From an uncultured Candidatus Saccharibacteria bacterium (GTDB lineage Bacteria > Patescibacteriota > Minisyncoccia > Phycocordibacterales > UBA2100): DNA of 50,508 bases. How positions within the stretch are numbered: position 1 is the first letter of the stretch; every line of letters begins with the position of its first letter. Made by a program: the position numbers and the translations under genes. The DNA lies in the NCBI GenBank assembly GCA_964584225.1, contig CAZOZG010000004.1, positions 1 through 50,508 of the forward strand. Direction: 5' to 3'. Shown piece after piece: positions 1 through 7,900 of this stretch. The notes under the pieces were generated by a model that was not told where the DNA came from, did not search any database, and saw only the letters and a program-made list of their open reading frames with translations.

Positions 1-735
1 GGTCCAGTTGAAGAGACCGTATCGCTTCGCCGAGATCATGTAGACGTAGAGCTGGCGGAGCTGGCGGTCCCACTGCTTCGGACGGTCGTAGTTCTCGTCC
101 TCGATCTTCAGGATGCTGCCCGGCACGGCCTCGCGATCGTACGGGTTGAGGGACTCGAGCCGTCGGACGATGCCCCGTACCTCCTCCCACGACAGGGCCC
201 GCACCGCCTCGCGACCGTCGTTGAGCAGGTACGGTCCGTTCTCGCATGCGACGAGCCCCCCGTGTTCTGTCGCGACGATCAGCATCGAATCGGTGTCGCA
301 GCCGACGTACGCGCCCCCGACCTCGGTGATGGACGCTTCGAGTAACGCGAGCATCAGGCGTGCGCCGCCCGCGATGAACGAAGCGACCGGCGCAAAGTAG
401 AACTCACCGGGATCTTCGGGCGCCGTGGTGTAGCAGTCGAACGGTTCCCCGGCGCCGTAGACGCGGACCTCATGCTTGCTTCCTGCCTTGGTGTCGCGGC
501 GATTCACCTCGGCATAGATGCCGTATGCGGTCGCGTTGGCGAAGGTCTTGAGGAACTGCTCGAGCCGCTTGGCCTCGGCGATTGCACGCTCGATGCCCGC
601 GCAGTCGCCGTCATTACAAGCGCGACGCTCAATAAGCTCCCTTTCAAGCGCTTCGCGCCGACGTTTGCAGCGCTGCCGCTCCTCGATGACCAACTTGAAG
701 AAGTCGTCGACACGCGGGTCGATCAACACCTCGCC
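1..735 (-). CDS. Family B DNA polymerase fragment (palm/thumb part). It runs off the window start and no N-terminus is present.
   Basis: Absent from the ORF track because it runs off the window. My reverse-strand translation gives one open frame: ...EQFLKTFANATAYGIYAEV (motif B, KxxxNSxYG-like), FAPVASFIAGGARLML, AYVGCDTDSMLIV (motif C, YxDTDS), YVYMISAKRYGLF (KxY motif). Sampled 60-nt lines are 60-70% GC. There is no Met or exonuclease domain before the frame closes at a TGA near 790. Confidence 0.7.
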
Positions 736-739
736 GCGC

Positions 740-1309
740 GAATTTGAAGAGGGCAAGGAGGGTGATCGTGCGACGTTTCACTTTGAGTTGCGACTCATCG
801 CGGATCTGGGACTCGTTGGCTTACCAAACGCGGGTAAGTCGAGTCTTCTCAATGACCTCACTGCGGCAAAGAGCAAAGTGGGGAATTATGCCTTCACGAC
901 GCTCGAACCGCATCTTGGTTCCTACTACGGACTCATCATCGCAGACATTCCCGGTCTCATCGAAGGTGCTTCAGAAGGGAAGGGGCTCGGCGCGAAATTC
1001 TTGCGCCATATCGAGCGCACGCGAACACTGTTTCATCTCGTGGCGGCGGATTCGAATGATGTCGTTCGCGACTATCGAATCGTTCGTCGAGAACTTGCCG
1101 CGCATAGTGCGGCGCTTGGAGAAAAATCAGAACAGGTTCTCCTTACAAAATCTGACGCTGTGAGTCCTCAAGAAGTCAAAGAAAAGATTGCAGCACTCAA
1201 GAAAATCAAAATAGATGCGATTCCTGTTTCGCTTCTCGACCCGCAATCGATGGAACGAGTTCGTCAGATTCTTAATCAAAAGCTTCAGCCAGTGGCGTGG
1301 GAGCTCTAA
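740..1309 (+). CDS. obg: Obg/CgtA GTPase, G domain plus C-terminal part only (5'-truncated; the glycine-rich Obg fold is missing)
   Basis: NTSPREFEEGKEGDRATFHFELRLIADLGLVGLPNAGKSSLL...FTTLEPHLG...ADIPGLIEGASEGKGLG..FLRHIERT matches the Obg linker, G1-G3 and switch regions. The track ORF 518..1309 starts inside the unrelated GC-rich segment, and its first ~70 aa do not resemble Obg. Confidence 0.85.
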   Translation, partial: EFEEGKEGDRATFHFELRLIADLGLVGLPNAGKSSLLNDLTAAKSKVGNYAFTTLEPHLGSYYGLIIADIPGLIEGASEGKGLGAKFLRHIERTRTLFHLVAADSNDVVRDYRIVRRELAAHSAALGEKSEQVLLTKSDAVSPQEVKEKIAALKKIKIDAIPVSLLDPQSMERVRQILNQKLQPVAWEL

Positions 1310-1929
1310 ATCTCGAGCCACTGCGGAGCGACGTTGACGGTGATAGAAGCATTGAAAGGACCCGCGGGACCCGTGCATGAAATTGAAAATCGTGTCTGGT
1401 GTGTCACCGCGACATCCACGTCGCCGGAAATGGCGGTTGATTGCCCGATCGGTGTGTAGCTGATGATGATGACGCCGGGGTATCCTTGCGCGACGCTGCC
1501 TGCTCCGACGCTGCTGCCGACGCCACCTGATCCACCGCCGTAGCGGCCGCCTGCACCACTTGAGCCGTACGCGGTTGTCTTGCCTGCACCACCTCCGCCG
1601 CCGGAGCCATGCGATGCGTCCCATTCGATGCCACTGCCGCCGGAGCTACTTACTGTGTTTGCTGTACCGTTTGGGGCTACTGCGCCGCCTGTGCCACCAT
1701 GCGCAACGCCGAATGAATCGAGATCTGCTGAGGCACCCGAGCTTGAGAGATAGCCGCCCTCCGCATAGTAGTAGCTTTGACTGTAGTAGTAGCCCTCACT
1801 GTAATAGTACCCTTCGCCATATGCGTGCGCGAATGTCGGCAACAGCGCTGCGGCGCCAATTGCGCAGATCAGCAACACGTCGACGATGTGACGAGATTGC
1901 CGTATGCCTTTTGCGTTGGTATATCGCAT
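1306..1929 (-). CDS. Secreted glycine-rich protein (207 aa), small paralog of the giant protein
   Basis: The Met at 1929 gives MRYTNAKGIRQSRHIVDVLLICAIGAAALLPTFAHAYGEGYYYSEGYYYSQSYYY, parallel to the giant protein N-terminus. One polyglycine module follows, ending GVIIISYTP. It starts 4 nt after the giant gene stop. The track start at 2070 overlaps the giant CDS and was rejected. Confidence 0.8.
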   Translation of the reverse strand: MRYTNAKGIRQSRHIVDVLLICAIGAAALLPTFAHAYGEGYYYSEGYYYSQSYYYAEGGYLSSSGASADLDSFGVAHGGTGGAVAPNGTANTVSSSGGSGIEWDASHGSGGGGGAGKTTAYGSSGAGGRYGGGSGGVGSSVGAGSVAQGYPGVIIISYTPIGQSTAISGDVDVAVTHQTRFSISCTGPAGPFNASITVNVAPQWLEI

Positions 1930-1933
1930 ACGA

Positions 1934-4900
1934 TTATTGTAGTCCGTCGCCGGAGAGTCCGGCCGCTCCACCACCACCACCACCATATCCGCCGACGCCG
2001 TTCTTGCCACTGCCACCCATGTGGGTTGTTGTCCCGAAATTCCCAAGGTTGCCGGGTCGTCCACCTCCAATCCCGCCTGTCACGCCAGTTGCGCTCACGC
2101 CTCCCTTTGCGTTAATCGTTGTTGGTGACTTTAACCATGTGTCATTACTTCCCGCAGAACTGTACCCAATAATAACTATTCCAGAGCCGCCGCTTGCTCG
2201 TCCGCCTCCACCTCCACCCGTACTGCTTGCACCGTTTACTAAATCCGAACCTCCACCACCTAAGCCGCCTGTACCTGACGTGGAGCTATCGCCGCCTCCA
2301 CCTGCGCCGTAGTATGCACCCGAGAGAAATGAGAGGACCCCGGCACCTCCGTTGCCTCCCGTTAGGGTGTTCGGGGCATTTTGCCCAACAGCTCCCGCTC
2401 CTCCACCTCCGCCGCCCGCAGCGACACCGCCCGACCCCGATTCGAATCCTTTACCACCTGCATAACCAGCCCCCGTTGCCGTCCCGCCAGTGCCTCCACT
2501 TCCCAAGCCGTTACCTGATCCACCACCACCACTTCCTCCAGAGGCGCCCGTTTGATTCGCTGCGTATCCACCGCCCCCACCCCCGCCGAGTGCTGTGATG
2601 GTCGTCGCACCGCCGCTTAATACTGAATTTCCACCGTTCGTCCCGGTACCCGCAGTGAAGTTTGGAAGTCCTGTACCCCCAGCGCCGATGGTAATATTGA
2701 GAGTACTTAATGGCGTCACAGCGACGGTCCCTGAGAGCACATCGCCACCGCCACCCCCGCCGCCAATGTTTGATCCACCTCCCCCGCCCCCCCCGACCAC
2801 AGTGTAATAGATCAACGATACGCCGGCAGGAACTTGCCATGTGCAGCTGCCGCTCGCACATGATCCGTTGCCGCGGACAAAACTTGCAATATTGAGGGGC
2901 AAACCGCCGGCACCGACTTGGTAGGGAATCGAGTCGCCAGGGTAGGCGAAGAAATTGGTTATGGATGCGTATCCACCGCCACCGCCGCCTCCACCACCGC
3001 TGGGGGCGCCTGCGCCTCCACCGCCGATTGCTTCGACTGTGTTTGCGATTGGGTTCCAGTTGCTGGGTACTGTCCAGACTGGCCCAGGAGTCCATGTGAT
3101 ATCGACTCGCCCATCTGCTCCGTATGAGGCCAACCCGCAACCTGATCCTTGCAGGCCTCCTTGCCCGACGACGACTGCCATGTTGCCTGAAAGCAGACCC
3201 GGGCCGAATGTTCGTTGGATATAGCCACCACCACCACCACCCGAACCACCGTACATGCCGTAATAGTACGAGCCACCACCTCCACCACCACCACCTGTCG
3301 TCGCATTGGTCGGTTGAGGTGCCCACAGGTAGTTGCACGTGGGAAGAGAGCCCCATGCGAAGGGACTTGGACCCCCTCCGGTGCCTCCCGTACCGGTATT
3401 TGCTGGTGCACCGCCAGCGCCTCCGTAGTAACCTCCACTCGCGCCAGGGTTCCCGTTCGCAGCGATATCTCCGCCCCCCAATGTGCTGCCGCCAGCTCCC
3501 GGGGCCCCCACTGACGTGCAGTCGGTGAATTGTGCGCCATTTCCTCCGAGTGCGATCAAATTGCCGAACGAAGACTGTGTACCGTTGCCGCCGGAGGAGT
3601 AGCCCCAAAATCCGTCGCAGCCAGATCCGCCTCCGCCTCCGCCGGCGCCCCAGATTCTTACGGTGAGGGAGCCATACGATGACGGCACCGGAAATTGGTA
3701 GGTTCCGTGCGTTGTGTACGATTGCGAACCACCGACTGGTGGGAGCGTTATAACTGTTTGAGTCGAGACGCTGTTCCAGACATGCGTGCCATCTGTCACC
3801 GTACACTGCAATGCGGGATCGACATGCCAGTGGACGTGGACATTGTTGCCCTTGCTGACAAGTCGCGGCGTCACTGTGAACTCCGGCGGTCCATTCCATG
3901 ATGTGCCAGAACAAAATGCGTTCTGATAGTTGTTACCATCGGGGGAGGGATTACCGAAATAGCATGATTCACTCGCTGTGCATTGTTGGATGGGGAATGT
4001 GTTGCTCGGATCATCGGTACAGAGAACACTCTTGTTGTCTGTGGAACACGCAAAGTGTGAGCACGTAGTGACATTCACCGACCACGGATTTGATGAGAAG
4101 GGATTTCCTTGCAGGTCGCGGCACACGACGGTGTACGTAACGGTCTGCGACGTCGAAGGCGCCGTCGTTGACGCAGTCGAATTGCCATTCGGCGCGGTGA
4201 AAGACGGGCCACCGTTGAGCGAACAACTATTCACTTGCATGTTTTGCGCCGTGATCGTGAGCGTGATCGGAGAGTTCACGAGTGCACCGGTAGGCCCACT
4301 CAGAGTCAAACTTGATTGCGGGTACAACTTCATCTTGACGGTCGTGGTCCCTGTCGATTTCAGACCGCTCGTGGAACTCGCGACGACATTAATAAACCAC
4401 GTGTTCATGGCGGTCGCGCTCGTGGAACTCGACATAATGTCTTTCGTCGTCGCTTGATCGCTCGATACAGAGCCACTCGTCGGCCACATCGCGTTGAGCT
4501 TGCCATTTCCGAACCAATCGATCAGGAAATTCAGTTGGTTGCTGATGTCGTGTGAGCTGAACGTGAAGCCATAGTTGACGCCTGCAGTGCCCGTATAAAA
4601 GCCGCTCACGTCCGGGTTCATCAGGTTACCTTGTGGGTCGTAGACTTTCACCATCGGATTTGTTGGCGGAGCAAAAGACGCACAAATATTTGGCGTGTAG
4701 GTAATAACGATTGCTCCCGATGCACCAATGCCACCGTTGCCACCCGAAAGCGATGAATAACCTCCGCCTGAGCCACCTCCTCCGCCTGCTCCGTAGGTAC
4801 CTCCGTCGCCTCCAATCGAACCCGGAGCGGTTTTGCCGTTGCCTGCGCCACCACCTCCGCCGCCCGCACCGTGAGTCGCGTCCCAATTTGTCCCCGCTGA

Positions 4901-7900
4901 ACCAGCGGAACCAGGATATGCGGCAGTGACGCTATAGCTTCCGGCGCCCCCCGCGCCCCCCGCGCCCCCACCAGTTGCTCCGCCGGCGCCTCCTTTACTG
5001 CCCGAGATCCAATCAGCTGCAACCGGGGAACAAGGGGCGTCATCGGGATGACCACATTTACAAGCCGGAGAGCCATCACCGCCAGAGCCTGCAGCACCTC
5101 CGCCTCCTCCGCCAGGACCGCCTTCAGCACTCGCATCAGTTGGAGGAGCACCATTGTACGGGCCGTTTTCATCTCCACCGCCTCCAGAACCGCCTTTGTG
5201 TATCGTTGCGCCGACGTTCGATGGAGAATTCCCGCCGCCGCTTCCGGCTGTCCCACCGACAGAGCTACTATTTCCTCCGCCTCCGCCGCCGCCAGCACCG
5301 CCGCCCCGCGCATCGAGTGTGGCAGTACTGCTGAACCACGTGTCGCCGCCTGTTCCTCCTGATGTCCCCGCGTTCGGAGATGACCCGCCACTTCCGGTAC
5401 TCCCGCCAGATCCGACCGAATATGACACAGTGGATCCTCCTGGATTGAAGTTCGTAATTTTCGCGTACCCACCTCCACCTCCACCACCTCCACCGGAGGC
5501 CATGTATTTGCCTGGAGCACCTGATCCACCACCTCCACCACCTCCACCACCTCCACCGATCGCTTCGATAACGTTGTTAGCACTGTTCCAGTCTGTCGGT
5601 ACCGACCAACTTGAACCCGCGGTGAGAACGCCACGACATTGGCCGTTACCAATTGATACACCGAAGCCACATGAAGTACACGACCCTCCGGCAGCACCAC
5701 ACGATGCTGTCCAGATGTAGCCCCCATAACTTACAGCGGCCACCTGGCTGCCGTCTGATGATTCGGTTACACCGTACCAGTTGCCTGTGCCCGTAGTCGG
5801 CAGAGTCTGTGCGGTCCACGAACCAGGCTGGCCGTAATTACTTGAGATGTAAATCTTGCCATATTGCCCGGTCGAAGCGCCGTCTTCTGCTGTGATCACG
5901 TGCTGTCCTGTACTGTCGAGCGCAATGCTCTTCCAGTTGTGATTGGAGCCGAGACCTGAGTTACTCCACGATGTACCGCCATTATTAGAGAAATATAATT
6001 CATTCCAGCCGGCAGCCACCGCCAAATGTGTTCCATCTCCCGACACTGCGACACCCGCTGAGCCTACGTGGCCGAGCGCGGAGATGTCTGTCCAGGTCTT
6101 TCCAGAATCCGTCGAGAGAGCGGGATATCCATGCAAATTGTCCCAGTTCAGTTCGTTGATGAACACGACCCTGCCATCTTTCGATGAGGAGACTTTGTCG
6201 CGCGCGTAATTGTTTGAGGTCGGAGCTGGCGTCCAGCTTTGTCCTGTATCCGTCGAATAGTATGCAGACGCGTTCGTGCCCGAGTAATTCAGCGTTTGCG
6301 CCGCCGTCGATGTGGCTCCCGTCGACGATGTGGTGATACCTTTGAAGCCAGTGTTGCCAGGTATGACAGTTGAGGTCCAGTTCACTCCGCCGTCGATGCT
6401 TTTCCAAATGGCGCCACCGTATGCAACTGCATATATGATTTGTCCAGAATCGCTAATCGCCGTGTCCTTCCACTGCAGGTGCCCTGGTGATGCGCCGTTC
6501 CAATAATTCCATGTGAAGCCGCCATCAGTGGAACGAGCGAGGTAGCCACTTACACTCGTGTAGCCGGCGCTCGCGACGACGGTGCTGAAATCAGCCGTCG
6601 CGTGAACAGAACTCCAGTTGTCCACCACACTCGTGCGCTGACCCCAGCTACATTGCGCTGAGCCAGTAATGGAAATTGCTTGCGTTGTCTTCGACGATTG
6701 CAATCCGTGGCTGTTTTCAGCGAGCACGCTGAATGTTCCGTTGGTATTCCATGAGTGATTGGCGGTGACAGTGTTGCCGCTTCCGATATAACTCGTCGTC
6801 CCCGGTACCCACAGGTCGATACTCCCTGAGTTATCCCAATCAAATCCGTAGTGAATCGTGTCCAACGCAGGATCGGTCGATGATGCAGCAATCGTGTTGG
6901 CGGCGCCGGCGGGGCTCACCCAACTTGGGTTTGTCTGGTTGAGCACTGTCGGAGCCGTCGGAGCTGCTGCCGCGGTGTTACAGGTGCCGAGCCAGACATC
7001 GCCCCCCGCGCCGCTACCTAGATCGTCGGCCGCCAGGATGTGGCTGCCGTTGTTGCTCACGATGAGACTCTTCCAGTTCGCGCTTGAGGGAAGAGACGAC
7101 TGCAACGCCCACGTGCCGTTGTCGCCGTAGCCATTGGAAACGTAGAGTTTGCCATCGCTCGATGCTGCAGCGACGTACTGGCCGTCTGGGGAAACACCAA
7201 CCGCCCACCAATACCCGGTCCCGAGGTCGGTGACGCTGTGCCACGCCCCGCTATAGCCATTCTTCGTGACCCACACCTTGCCTGCGTTGGCCCCATCTGG
7301 TGAACCCGCGATCGTGCCGGTCGTGGTGCCCGCGTTACTCGACATCGCGACGCGTTCCCAGTATTGCTTTCCGGGCGTCGTAATGTTGGTCCAATGAATG
7401 CCGCCATCGGTTGAGTAGGTCAAATAATACGTGCTTCTTGAGTACGCAGGCGGATCATTGTTGCCGACTTCGGTGGCGGAGATAATCGTGGACCCGTCGG
7501 AATTCGATGCGAGACCTTGGCGGCAATAGTATTGAGCTGCAGTGAAAGAGTTCCATGTGGTTCCGCCATTCGCGGTCGCATACGACGACGGATCGCCTTG
7601 GCAAATTCCCACCACGGCTGCCTGACCGTTGGCGTCGGTCGTCATTCCTGCGTCAAATGGCTTACTTTGAATATTTGCATTCGCAAATTGCGTCGGAGTA
7701 CCCCAGACGCCGCCCGAATATGTCGCTTCCCAGACATTGCCGTTTCCGGCGGTTCCGGTGTTGACGGCGTAGTAAGTGCTGCCGTCTGCGCTCATCGCAA
7801 GCCCTGCCCAGTACGATTTCACTGAGCCCTGTGTCCACGTTACGCTGCTCCCAGTCCGAACGCCCGTGTAAATATATCCACCACCCGAAGAACTTCCTTC

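Noticed and set aside
113-747. Plus-strand ORFs 113..400 and 472..747, and the N-terminal 74 codons of ORF 518..1309.
   Set aside because: High-GC sequence generates long spurious frames. The minus strand carries clear PolB motifs here, and the plus-strand translations are Ser/Arg/Ala-rich with no Obg-fold similarity.
1560-5727. Long ORFs in other frames or on the opposite strand within the giant gene, for example 1560..2312(+), 2511..3914(-), 2955..3224(+), 4648..5727(-) and 5154..5720(+). They encode Pro-, Arg- or Trp-rich products.
   Set aside because: They lie entirely inside the 2389-aa CDS. Their compositions (PPPPPP, RRRRW) are what GGN-codon repeats produce in other frames or as reverse complement. 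They show no independent start signals or domains.
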